The translations under genes and the position numbers were made by a program. Below, in pieces: positions 23,991 through 32,101 of a DNA stretch of 32,101 nucleotides. The stretch comes from Methanobacteriota archaeon. Lineage in GTDB: Archaea; Thermoplasmatota; Poseidoniia; Poseidoniales; Poseidoniaceae. The stretch covers positions 1 through 32,101 of the forward strand of contig JABIGM010000030.1 in NCBI GenBank assembly GCA_018650165.1. The letters are read 5' to 3'. The notes beneath the pieces are model-generated. The model did no database searches. It was not told where the DNA came from and saw only the letters and a program-made list of their open reading frames with translations. The first letter of the stretch is position 1; every line of letters begins with the position of its first letter.

Positions 23991-24104
23991 ATCCAAAGAT
24001 ATAATGCAATTGCATATAAGTCTAAAGTACACTTGATCTTATTACTTAAAAAATTGTAATTCGCCCGACTCATTCATTAGTTCCAAGCATAGCCCACGGT
24101 TTAC

Positions 24105-24190
24105 GCAGGGGTAGCCGAGTTGGTCAAAGGCGCCGGGCTTAAGATCCGGTCTCAATGGGTTCGTGAGTTCAAATCTCACCCCCTGCACCA
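24105..24190 (+). tRNA. tRNA-Leu (anticodon TAA), CCA encoded
   Basis: Acceptor GCAGGGG/CCCCTGC, D-arm with GG, anticodon arm CCGGG-CTTAAGA-TCCGG, long variable arm, T-arm GTGAG-TTCAAAT-CTCAC, discriminator A plus CCA. Confidence 0.97.
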
Positions 24191-24191
24191 A

Positions 24192-24905
24192 TCACGTTAG
24201 TGACCAGCCGCCATCAACTGGAAGGATGAATCCAGTGATGTATTCTGCGTTTGCAAGGAATTTTACAGCATTTGCAATGTCTTCTGGTTTGCCGGCTTTT
24301 CCCAATGGAACCTTTTCGAGAATCTTTGCAAATCTCTCTTTCTCCCAAGACGCAGCAAGTATTGCTCCCGGAGCAATTCCATTTACCCTGATTTCAGGAG
24401 CTAATTCACCTGCTAAATTTACAATTAATTGACGTAAAGCCCCTTTTGTTGCGGTATAATGCGCCAGTTCTTCCCAGGCATGATTCCAACTGGTATCAAC
24501 CATACCAATTACACAACCGTTTTTGGCCTTTAATTTGGGTACCAAACCTTGTGTTATGAAGAAGGGGGCATCTAGATGTATAGAGGTGAATCTACGTAGT
24601 TCTTGAGGAGTAACTGTAGCGAAGTCCTCGGTATTATAGATTGAAGCATTATGGATCAATAGGTCGATTCCTCCTGCCGATTCAACCAATTCATGGTCAT
24701 GAATTTCCTCGATAATTCGGAACAACTCTTCATCGCTTGATAAGTCGCCAGAAACGATGGCACCGCGACCTCTTTTTATCAGATGTCGAGCTTGGGTGAC
24801 AGAACGATTGCAATGAATGATTACAGCCCATCCATCGTCGAGTAACATATTGGTAATTGCAGCACCGATTCGGCGAGCACCACCTGTGATTACAGCCACT
24901 CGCAT
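24192..24905 (-). CDS. Short-chain dehydrogenase/reductase, pteridine reductase (FolM/PTR1)-like
   Basis: TGGARRIGAAI, IHCNRS, LIHNASIY, YTATKGAL (YxxxK), IRVNGIAPGAI, YITG.ILPVDGG. Confidence 0.88.
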   Translation of the reverse strand: MRVAVITGGARRIGAAITNMLLDDGWAVIIHCNRSVTQARHLIKRGRGAIVSGDLSSDEELFRIIEEIHDHELVESAGGIDLLIHNASIYNTEDFATVTPQELRRFTSIHLDAPFFITQGLVPKLKAKNGCVIGMVDTSWNHAWEELAHYTATKGALRQLIVNLAGELAPEIRVNGIAPGAILAASWEKERFAKILEKVPLGKAGKPEDIANAVKFLANAEYITGFILPVDGGWSLT

Positions 24906-24969
24906 AACTGGGCGATGCCGACTTGAGGCTTGAATGCTCGTAAACTATCAACACGACTCTTTTTGCACC

Positions 24970-24986
24970 CCATCCCTTCGGGATGG
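24970..24986. other. Palindrome CCATCCC-TTC-GGGATGG
   Basis: Perfect 7-bp stem in the divergent SDR/lipA gap, with a CCC-NNC-GGG core. Confidence 0.6.
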
Positions 24987-25024
24987 TTACAGGGGGGGAT
25001 GATTTGACTGTTCGAAAGTTATCA

Positions 25025-25933
25025 ATGGCCAAAGCGCGCCCCCGTCTGCCTGAATGGTTTCGCACCAGATTACCAACCGGTGATTTGCAGAAAAAATTCA
25101 ATGAAACCAAGAGCACTGTCACTGACAATATGCTACATACTGTTTGCCAAGAAGCAAGGTGTCCTAACATCCATGAGTGCTGGGCTGCAAAGGATGCAAC
25201 CTTCATGGTAGCAGGTCAAGAGTGTACTCGAGGATGTCGTTTTTGTGCTGTTGGGACTATCAAAAGACCCCCCCCTCTAGATGATGACGAGCCTACAAAT
25301 TTGGCAGATGCAATTTCTACAATGGGACTCAATCATGCGGTGATTACCGTTGTTAATCGCGACGACCTTTCTGATAGTGGTGCGTCCCATTACAGAAAAT
25401 GTCTTGAAGCCGTTAGAGCAACTTCATCAGAAGTTACTCTCGAACTACTGTGTAGCGATTTGGCAGGTGACCATCAAGCCTTAGCACAATTACTTGATGG
25501 CCTTGAACTCGAGGTTTTTGCCCACAATGTCGAGTGTGTACCACGTCTGGATTCCCTTGTAAGAGATTCACGGGCCTCTTTCAAGCAATCAATCGGCATT
25601 CTTGTTGAAGCTAAACGATTACGCCCAGACATACTCACTAAATCTTCTCTAATGGTTGGACTAGGCGAGACTGATGAGGAGATTATTGCTGCACTACAAC
25701 TTCTAAGAGAGGCAGATGTCGATCTTGTAACCATAGGTCAATACCTCGCACCCAGCCCTAACCATTTGGCTGTTGATAGATTTCCTGAACCATCAAAATA
25801 TGATGAGTGGAGTATCGAAATTGAGAGGATGGGTTTCCTTGGATGGGCTTGCGGCCCGCTAGTTAGATCATCCTACCGAGCAGGTGACCTTCTAGCCAAG
25901 GCATCGGCAAGGCTTAGAACGGACAAGGAGTGA
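25025..25933 (+). CDS. lipA: Lipoyl synthase
   Basis: CQEARCPNIHEC (CX4CX5C), CTRGCRFC (radical SAM), KSSLMVGLGET, TIGQYL and RSSY. Start is likely ATG 25025. Confidence 0.96.
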   Translation: MAKARPRLPEWFRTRLPTGDLQKKFNETKSTVTDNMLHTVCQEARCPNIHECWAAKDATFMVAGQECTRGCRFCAVGTIKRPPPLDDDEPTNLADAISTMGLNHAVITVVNRDDLSDSGASHYRKCLEAVRATSSEVTLELLCSDLAGDHQALAQLLDGLELEVFAHNVECVPRLDSLVRDSRASFKQSIGILVEAKRLRPDILTKSSLMVGLGETDEEIIAALQLLREADVDLVTIGQYLAPSPNHLAVDRFPEPSKYDEWSIEIERMGFLGWACGPLVRSSYRAGDLLAKASARLRTDKE

Positions 25934-25941
25934 GGCGATAC

Positions 25942-27183
25942 ATGTCGGGGAAAAATGAGGGGGGCATGGACACATATACTGTCCCAACTGCACCGTTCCG
26001 CCCTGGCGATGATGCAGATTTTGGTGGCTCTTGGAAAGAGCAGCCGGGAGATTTATCGCGACCCGATCCTGTAAACTGTACCGCTCCTGAAACACACGAC
26101 CATGCTCATGGACTAATTCGTGTGCTTGGTGATGATGATTCTGCATCTGGTGAATGGAACCCTGAATTGAATGCTGATGAATTAATTCGTGGCCTTGAGA
26201 TGATGATGCGCCTTCGTATTTTTGATGACAGAATGATTAAGATGCAAAGAACTGGAAAACTTTCTTTCTACATGCGTTCATTCGGTGAAGAAGCTATTGC
26301 AATTGCTCAGACCATGGCTCTTGATGATACAGATTGGATTTTCCCTTCATACCGCCAACCGGGTGCACAATTTGTTAGAGGACGAGATATGGTCAGTATG
26401 ATTTGCCACTGTATTGGAAATACCGAAGATAATCTGAAAGGACGTCAAATGCCGGTTCATTACTCGTGGAAGGAAGGACATTTCATTTCAATTTCTAGCC
26501 CTGTAGGCACCCAATTTAGCCAAGCTGTTGGAGTTGCAATGGCTTCAGCATACAAGGGTGATGACCAAGCAACAATCACTTGGCTAGGTGACGGAACAAG
26601 CGCACAGGGAGACTATCACTACGGCCTGAACTTTGCATCCGTATTCAAACCGCCAGTTATTCTCAATGTAGTAAATAACCAATGGGCGATTTCAACTCAT
26701 CGTAATATTGCAACAGGAGGCGAAAACTTCGCTGCCCGTGGTCTGGCATATGGAATCCCGTCGCTAAGAGTAGATGGAAATGATTTCCTCGCCCTTTACT
26801 CAGTCACAAAATGGGCTCGTGAGCGTGCTCGTGCTGGAAAAGGTGCAACTCATATCGAGGTATACACTTACAGAGCAGGCGGACACTCATCATCTGACGA
26901 CCCTTCGATATACAGGCCGGGTAATGAATTCGAATTTTGGCCAGGTGGGGACCCAGTTGCGCGTCTTAAGAATCACTTGATTAGTATAGGTGCATGGTCG
27001 GAAGATAAAGATGTAGAACTTACTGAAAAAATTGATTCTGAAGTTATGGCTGCTTACAAGGAAGCTTGTACGTTTGGTGATTTGGCAAATGGTCCTTTCC
27101 CACCAGCATCAACAATATTTACAGAAGTTTACGAAGAGGTCCCTTGGCATGTTCAAGAACAAAGAGAGGAACTAGGAAAGTGA
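25942..27183 (+). CDS. 2-oxoacid dehydrogenase E1 alpha, branched-chain (bkdA1-like) type
   Basis: QRTGKLSFY...GEEA, FPSYR, GRQMPVHY, ISSPVGTQ, GDGTSAQGD...NNQWAIS (TPP motif), HSSSDDPSIYRP. Alternative starts are GTG 25930 and ATG 25966. Confidence 0.93.
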   Translation: MSGKNEGGMDTYTVPTAPFRPGDDADFGGSWKEQPGDLSRPDPVNCTAPETHDHAHGLIRVLGDDDSASGEWNPELNADELIRGLEMMMRLRIFDDRMIKMQRTGKLSFYMRSFGEEAIAIAQTMALDDTDWIFPSYRQPGAQFVRGRDMVSMICHCIGNTEDNLKGRQMPVHYSWKEGHFISISSPVGTQFSQAVGVAMASAYKGDDQATITWLGDGTSAQGDYHYGLNFASVFKPPVILNVVNNQWAISTHRNIATGGENFAARGLAYGIPSLRVDGNDFLALYSVTKWARERARAGKGATHIEVYTYRAGGHSSSDDPSIYRPGNEFEFWPGGDPVARLKNHLISIGAWSEDKDVELTEKIDSEVMAAYKEACTFGDLANGPFPPASTIFTEVYEEVPWHVQEQREELGK

Positions 27184-27193
27184 GGTGATTATT

Positions 27194-28204
27194 ATGACAG
27201 AGATGAATATGATCCAATCCTTAAATAGCGCTCTTGATAATCTACTTGAGACTGATGAAAATGTCGTTATTTTCGGAGAAGATGTAGGTTATTTCGGAGG
27301 TGTTTTCCGTGTAACAGATGGCTTGCAAAAGAAACATGGAGCACATCGTGTGTTTGATGCACCGCTTGCTGAAGGTGGAATTGCTGCAATCGCATTTGGC
27401 ATGGGACTAAACGGCCTACGCCCGGTTGCTGAAATTCAATTTGCAGACTATATATTCCCTGCATACGACCAAATCGTAAACGAAATAGCAAAACTTAGAC
27501 ACCGTTCTGGCGGTGAATTTTCGACACCTGTCACAATTAGGACACCTGCTGGTGGTGGAATCAAAGGAGGCCACCACCATTCACAAAGCCCAGAATCACA
27601 ATTTACACATACTCCCGGATTGAAAGTGGTTTACTGTTCTAATCCTAACAATGCCAAGGGATTACTTACCAGTGCAATAGAATGCAACGACCCAGTGATA
27701 TTCTTTGAACCAAAGAGATGCTACAGAGGTCCATTTTATGGCGACCCACACAATGTTCCAACTTGGAAAGGCCACCCTAAATCTGATGTTCCAGATGGCC
27801 ATTACTCTATTCCACTAGAGCAGGCAGAAATTGTAAGGGAAGGCGACGCATGTACTGTTATCGCCTGGGGTACTATGGTTCATGTTGCTGAGCAAGCAAT
27901 CAAGAATAGTGGAATAAATGCTGAATTGATTGATTTACAAACACTTCTTCCATGGGACCGTGACACTGTTGTAAACTCTGTAAACAAAACTGGACGTTGT
28001 GTTATTGTTCATGAAGCCCCAAAAACAAGTGGATTTGGTGCAGAGATGAGTGCTTCGATTCAAGAGCGATGCTTCTGGCATCTTGAGGCACCAATCATTC
28101 GCGTAACCGGTTGGGATACGCCTTTCCCTCACACAACTGAGTGGGATTACATTCCAAGCCCTGAAAGAATCGCAGCGGCTATTAAGAAAACACAGGAGGC
28201 ATAA
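27194..28204 (+). CDS. 2-oxoacid dehydrogenase E1 beta subunit
   Basis: GEDVGYFGGVFRVTDGL, LAEGGI, AEIQFADYIFP, HHSQSPE, IDLQTLLPWD, HEAPKTSGFGAE, RVTGWDTPFP. Confidence 0.95.
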   Translation: MTEMNMIQSLNSALDNLLETDENVVIFGEDVGYFGGVFRVTDGLQKKHGAHRVFDAPLAEGGIAAIAFGMGLNGLRPVAEIQFADYIFPAYDQIVNEIAKLRHRSGGEFSTPVTIRTPAGGGIKGGHHHSQSPESQFTHTPGLKVVYCSNPNNAKGLLTSAIECNDPVIFFEPKRCYRGPFYGDPHNVPTWKGHPKSDVPDGHYSIPLEQAEIVREGDACTVIAWGTMVHVAEQAIKNSGINAELIDLQTLLPWDRDTVVNSVNKTGRCVIVHEAPKTSGFGAEMSASIQERCFWHLEAPIIRVTGWDTPFPHTTEWDYIPSPERIAAAIKKTQEA

Positions 28205-28206
28205 AA

Positions 28207-29475
28207 ATGGGAATATTTGCATTCAAGCTACCAGATATAGGAGAAGGAGTCGTAGAAGGAGAAGTTGTCGAATGGATGGTTTCTGTTGGAGATTCTGTAA
28301 AAGAAGATGACCCGATTCTATCGGTGATGACTGACAAAGCAACTGTAGAGATACCCTCTCCCACAGATGGTACCGTCAAATCATTAGTCGGAGAACCTGG
28401 CACTGTACTAGCAGTTGGTCAAGTTTGTATTGAATTTGAAACAGATGGTGAGAGTTCGAGCCCAGCACCTGTAGAAGAGATCGCCGATGAAGTAACTGAG
28501 CCTGAGCCAGCCCCTGAGGTTGAGCCTGAAGTTACCCCTGAGCCAGTTGTAAAACCTGCTCCGGCACCGGTTGCAAAACCAACATCTGTTGCTGTTGAAG
28601 CACCAGGAGCAAGAGCACTCGCTTCACCAGCAGTTCGCCAGCGTGCACGTGAAAGTGGTATTGAACTTTCAACTGTAGCTGGAAGTGGACCTGCTGGAAG
28701 AATTACCCATGCAGATCTAGATTCATGGAAGGAAGCAGGTAGCCCTGTCGCTGCTGCCGGACCTTCGAGAACTGCTCTTTCAGGAGTTACTGAAGTCCCA
28801 GTTATCGGATTGCGCCGTAAGATTGCAGAATCTATGACTGCATCATATACCACAATACCTCATTTCAGTTATTTCGAGGAAGTTGACATCACAGATTTAG
28901 AGACTCTAAGAGTACATTTGAACGCTTCTCGCAAGGAAGGTCAGCCAAAACTAACCTATCTACCATTCATTATGCAAGGACTTGTCAGGGCATTGGGTGA
29001 AAACCCAGTTTGTAATGCTCTATATGATGATGAAAAGGGAGTTGTCTCAAGGCATGAGGCGATTCATCTAGGGATTGCTACACAAACCGATAGAGGTCTG
29101 TATGTACCTGTTGTCAAGCATGTTGAAGCACAGGACATCTGGTCATCAGCATCAGAAATGCAACGAGTTAGCCAAGCGGCACGTGATGGCACTGCTGGAT
29201 TAGAGGAATTGACAGGTTCTACCTTCACAATTACCAGTCTAGGTAGAATGGGAGGCCTAGGTGCAACTCCAATTATCAACAAACCTGAAGTTGGCATCCT
29301 TGGAGTTCACAATGCAGTTGACACACCCGTTGTTCGTAACGGACAAATTGTAATTCGCAAGATGCTTCGACTTTCATCATCTTGGGACCACCGTGTGGTT
29401 GATGGATGGGATGGCGCAGTTCTAGTTCAGAGACTCAAGACATTACTTGAGAATCCGGCTACTATCTTCATGTGA
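28207..29475 (+). CDS. Dihydrolipoamide acyltransferase (E2), single lipoyl domain
   Basis: PDIGEGVVEG...MTDKATVEIPSP (lipoyl Lys), Pro/Ala/Glu linker, ASPAVRQRARE.GI...GSGPAGRI (E3-binding), TPIINKPE and DHRVVDG. Confidence 0.95.
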   Translation: MGIFAFKLPDIGEGVVEGEVVEWMVSVGDSVKEDDPILSVMTDKATVEIPSPTDGTVKSLVGEPGTVLAVGQVCIEFETDGESSSPAPVEEIADEVTEPEPAPEVEPEVTPEPVVKPAPAPVAKPTSVAVEAPGARALASPAVRQRARESGIELSTVAGSGPAGRITHADLDSWKEAGSPVAAAGPSRTALSGVTEVPVIGLRRKIAESMTASYTTIPHFSYFEEVDITDLETLRVHLNASRKEGQPKLTYLPFIMQGLVRALGENPVCNALYDDEKGVVSRHEAIHLGIATQTDRGLYVPVVKHVEAQDIWSSASEMQRVSQAARDGTAGLEELTGSTFTITSLGRMGGLGATPIINKPEVGILGVHNAVDTPVVRNGQIVIRKMLRLSSSWDHRVVDGWDGAVLVQRLKTLLENPATIFM

Positions 29476-29485
29476 GGTGAATTGA

Positions 29486-30907
29486 ATGGATACTCGAAAG
29501 TGTAAGGTCCTAGTAATTGGTGCTGGCCCAGGTGGCTATGTCGCTGCTATTCGTTCAGCACAATTAGGTATGGACACTGTAATTGTTGAAGGAGAGAGAG
29601 CAGGTGGAACCTGTTTAATTCGAGGATGTATTCCATCAAAAGCCATGATTCATGCAGCACACAAATTTCACGATTTAGCAAAGCATGCCAAAGATGGCGG
29701 GCATATGGGAATTTCAATTCCTGGCCCGGCAGAACTCGAAATGTCTAGCCTAAAAGGCTGGAAGGACGGGATTGTTGACCGTCTAAACAAAGGTGTTGAG
29801 CATCTGCTAAAGGCATCTGGTGCTGAATTAATCACTGGCTGGGCCGAATTTAAGGATGCCAAAACTGTGATAGTAGGAGATCTTCAAATCGAAGCCGAAA
29901 ATGTAATCCTTGCAAATGGAAGTGTACCTATTGAATTGCCATTCATGAAATATGGTGATGGGGTTATCTCCAGTAGAGAAGCCCTAGATATTGATGAATC
30001 ACTCGACCACCTCGTTGTTGTTGGGGGCGGATACATTGGCCTTGAATTAGGAATTGTTCACCGTATGCTTGGAGCAAAGGTGACTATTGTTGAAGCAATG
30101 GATAGTATTCTACCAATTTTCGATAAAGAACTACGCAGACCACTCGAACTTTTCCTCAAGAAGAATAAGGTCAAGGTAAACACTGGTGTTTTCGCCAAAG
30201 GTGTCGAAAAACTTGACAATGGTAAACTAAAATTAAACTTCATTGACAAAAACAATGCCGATGATGAATCAAAGATGCAGTCTGTTGAGGCTGACCGAGT
30301 TCTAGTAACCGTTGGTCGTAGGCCACGAAGTGAGGGACTTGCTCCAACTGGAATTGCGCTAAATGAACGTGGATTTGTCAAAGTAAATGATCAGTGTCAA
30401 ACCAACATGAAAGGCGTCTATGCAATTGGCGATGTAACAGACTTAGGAGAAATGCTAGCACACGTGGCTTCATTCCAGGGAGAGATGGTCGCTGAAATTA
30501 TTTCAGGCCAAAACCGTGTATACAATCCAGTTGCGGTTCCTGCAATCGTATTTACAGAACCTGAGATTGTATCTGTAGGTCTGTCGCCAGATGATGCCAA
30601 AGAAGCTGGTCATCCGGTGATTATCGGAAAGTTCCCACTTGCTGCTAATGGACGTTCATTAACTCAAGAGGCTGAGAAGACCGGTGGATTTGTCAGAGTT
30701 GTCGCAAGAGAAGATGACCATCGAATTCTTGGTGTACAAGCCGTAGGAACTCACGTTAGTGAACTCGTAGGTGAGTGGACGCTTGCATTGGAGATGGGGG
30801 CGCTATTGGAAGACATAGCAGGCACAATTCATGCACATCCTACAATGACTGAAATGACTCACGAAGCAGTCCTAGCAACGCTAGGACATGCAATTCATAT
30901 CGCGTGA
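29486..30907 (+). CDS. lpdA: Dihydrolipoamide dehydrogenase (E3)
   Basis: GAGPGGY, GGTCLIRGCIPSK (redox disulfide), GGGYIGLE, YAIGDV and HAHPTMTE. Confidence 0.96.
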   Translation: MDTRKCKVLVIGAGPGGYVAAIRSAQLGMDTVIVEGERAGGTCLIRGCIPSKAMIHAAHKFHDLAKHAKDGGHMGISIPGPAELEMSSLKGWKDGIVDRLNKGVEHLLKASGAELITGWAEFKDAKTVIVGDLQIEAENVILANGSVPIELPFMKYGDGVISSREALDIDESLDHLVVVGGGYIGLELGIVHRMLGAKVTIVEAMDSILPIFDKELRRPLELFLKKNKVKVNTGVFAKGVEKLDNGKLKLNFIDKNNADDESKMQSVEADRVLVTVGRRPRSEGLAPTGIALNERGFVKVNDQCQTNMKGVYAIGDVTDLGEMLAHVASFQGEMVAEIISGQNRVYNPVAVPAIVFTEPEIVSVGLSPDDAKEAGHPVIIGKFPLAANGRSLTQEAEKTGGFVRVVAREDDHRILGVQAVGTHVSELVGEWTLALEMGALLEDIAGTIHAHPTMTEMTHEAVLATLGHAIHIA

Positions 30908-31496
30908 TTACCATTGTTTGTACTGCGTTGGTTGCTCGTACTGTTGCTGTTGCTGGTAGTATTGCTGCTGAGATGAGCGAAGTAAAAATCTAGCTAAAAG
31001 CAATTAATGCGACAATGAGCCAAATTGCAATAATGCTGGCGATTACTCCAAAGATGATATCTAATACCATCCCAGTAACAGAACCTCCATTTGATTGGCC
31101 AGTTGATGCCTGCCACTCTGACTTTCCTTTGTAGAATGCGGCATCTAAGAAACCTGCTACTGCGAATAAACCACAACATGCCGAGGTTCCAAGCATAGAT
31201 ATTAAGTCACTACCACTGCTGCTGACACTACCAAAAACGCTAGCAAGATATATTGTAATTCCAATCCCTAAAGGAAGATATGACCAATTACGAAGATTAA
31301 CTTCAGGGCTATAATTCAATGGAATATATACTACCTGCTGCATTCCAGGATGCGCAATTTGCTGTGAGGCGATTTGCTGCGGGGCAATTTGCTGTGGGGC
31401 AATTTGCTGTGGAGCAATTATCTGAATTTGCTGTGGAGCAATTTGCTGCGGAGGAATTGGTTGATTTTCAGCCAAAATCTGAGTCTCATCATCCAT
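30908..31496 (-). pseudogene. Gln/Pro-rich membrane protein, probably frameshifted (intact ORF 30990-31496; Gln-rich tail in another frame to 30908)
   Basis: N-terminal QQIAP repeats and 3 TM segments, with TAG at 30990. The +1 frame continues LARFLLRSSQQQYYQQQQQYEQPTQYKQW-TAA, ending at 30908 flush with the lpdA stop. Confidence 0.6.
31354..31452 (-). repeat. 15-bp tandem repeats encoding (P/S)QQIA
   Basis: Plus-strand units GCAATTTGCTGTGAG, GCGATTTGCTGCGGG, GCAATTTGCTGTGGG, GCAATTTGCTGTGGA, an interrupted unit, and GCAATTTGCTGCGGA. Confidence 0.9.
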
Positions 31497-31556
31497 GTTT
31501 ATGCTAAATTCTTTTTTTATTTTAATGTTCGGTGCGATTTCAAAGGCTTGTAGTCA

Positions 31557-31616
31557 TCAAAGAGATTCGATGACCATAGCGATTCCTTGACCGCCACCAA
31601 TACAAGCAGTAACTAT
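31557..31616 (-). pseudogene. Thiolase (acetyl-CoA acyltransferase) C-terminal remnant
   Basis: The minus strand encodes IVTACIGGGQGIAMVIESL-stop, the thiolase C-terminal active-site Cys motif. Upstream in-frame sequence (FRDINRSPVYS) is not thiolase-like. Confidence 0.8.
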
Positions 31617-31676
31617 GGAATAAACAGGTGAACGATTTATATCTCGAAAAATAATCTAATATCTTTAATTTCAACA

Positions 31677-31805
31677 TCAGTCTTCTTCAAATTCACTGAA
31701 ATCAGCTTCAATATCGGAACAAAACTCTGCTATACAGAATGGACATTCCCATTTTCCATCGACCAACAGCATAGGAACTGAATGTTTACTACAATCTTGT
31801 GACAA
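31677..31805 (-). CDS. Small zinc-ribbon-like protein (42 aa, below the ORF-track cutoff)
   Basis: TTG start after GGGAGA; LSQDCSKHSVPMLLVDGKWECPFCIAEFCSDIEADFSEFEED gives CxxH...CxxC with an acidic tail. Confidence 0.5.
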   Translation of the reverse strand: MSQDCSKHSVPMLLVDGKWECPFCIAEFCSDIEADFSEFEED

Positions 31806-31807
31806 AA

Positions 31808-32101
31808 CTATTCATCTCCCGAGGTAGTTGGATTATTATTTTCTAATTCCAACAGTTTTTCATCTGAAATATAAATTGCATTTTCATCATCAATAAATGT
31901 CTTGACCGTATCAATTATTTTTGTTGAGAGGTTTTTAGAGTGAGATAATATCTCTCCGCTGGACCAAGATATAATCATTTCATTTTCACCAGAATACCAT
32001 CCAAGTCGCATTTCCAAATTCTCCATATATTCCGTAAGCATTTCATCATGTTCGGGATGACCATCGTTTTCCAATATTTTATCATCGAGTATTACATCAC
32101 C
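31808..32101 (-). CDS. Hypothetical acidic protein, 5' end beyond the window
   Basis: The frame is open from the window edge (GDVILDDKILENDGHPEHD...) to TAG 31808. AT-rich sequence; no family recognised. Confidence 0.6.
   Translation of the reverse strand, partial: GDVILDDKILENDGHPEHDEMLTEYMENLEMRLGWYSGENEMIISWSSGEILSHSKNLSTKIIDTVKTFIDDENAIYISDEKLLELENNNPTTSGDE

Noticed and set aside
24105-24190. Integrative element at tRNA-Leu
   Set aside because: No integrase in the window and no duplicate of the tRNA 3' end found by eye; the SDR gene ends 1 nt after the CCA.
30905-30992. Amber (pyrrolysine) readthrough of TAG 30990
   Set aside because: The in-frame continuation (IFTSLISAAILPATATVRAT...) runs antisense into lpdA, and no pyl genes are seen. 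The +1 frame gives a cleaner explanation.
31354-31452. CRISPR-like array
   Set aside because: Units are 15 bp, adjacent with no spacers, in frame within a CDS, and there are no cas genes. The same applies to the 18-bp repeat at 23407-23474.

Overview
Window of a marine Thermoplasmatota archaeon, most likely Ca. Poseidoniales (Marine Group II). This is inferred from the archaeal XPD and TraB types, the tRNA, and giant Ca-binding/Ig-fold surface proteins alongside bacterial-like catabolic genes. Left arm (1-9.75 kb): TraB/PrgY, LemA, an Asp-box beta-propeller lipoprotein, an apparently truncated membrane protein, a GNAT, NADP-GDH, a TerB-like protein, an RHH regulator, a ~270-nt highly structured non-coding region, XPD and an Hsp20-fold protein. 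Middle (9.75-24 kb): three co-oriented minus-strand genes for membrane-anchored extracellular proteins (2964-aa transglutaminase-like/DUF4129 giant, ~960-aa Ig-fold protein, YHYH protein), then tRNA-Leu(UAA) and a pteridine-reductase-like SDR. Right arm: a lipA + 2-oxoacid (branched-chain type) dehydrogenase E1a/E1b/E2/E3 operon, a probably frameshifted Gln-rich membrane protein, a 20-codon thiolase remnant, and the edge of an AT-rich small-gene cluster. The best candidate for something undescribed is the multi-stem, pseudoknot-capable RNA at ~6925-7195, which matches no canonical RNase P or SRP signature by eye. All family calls come from motif recognition by eye; no searches were run.
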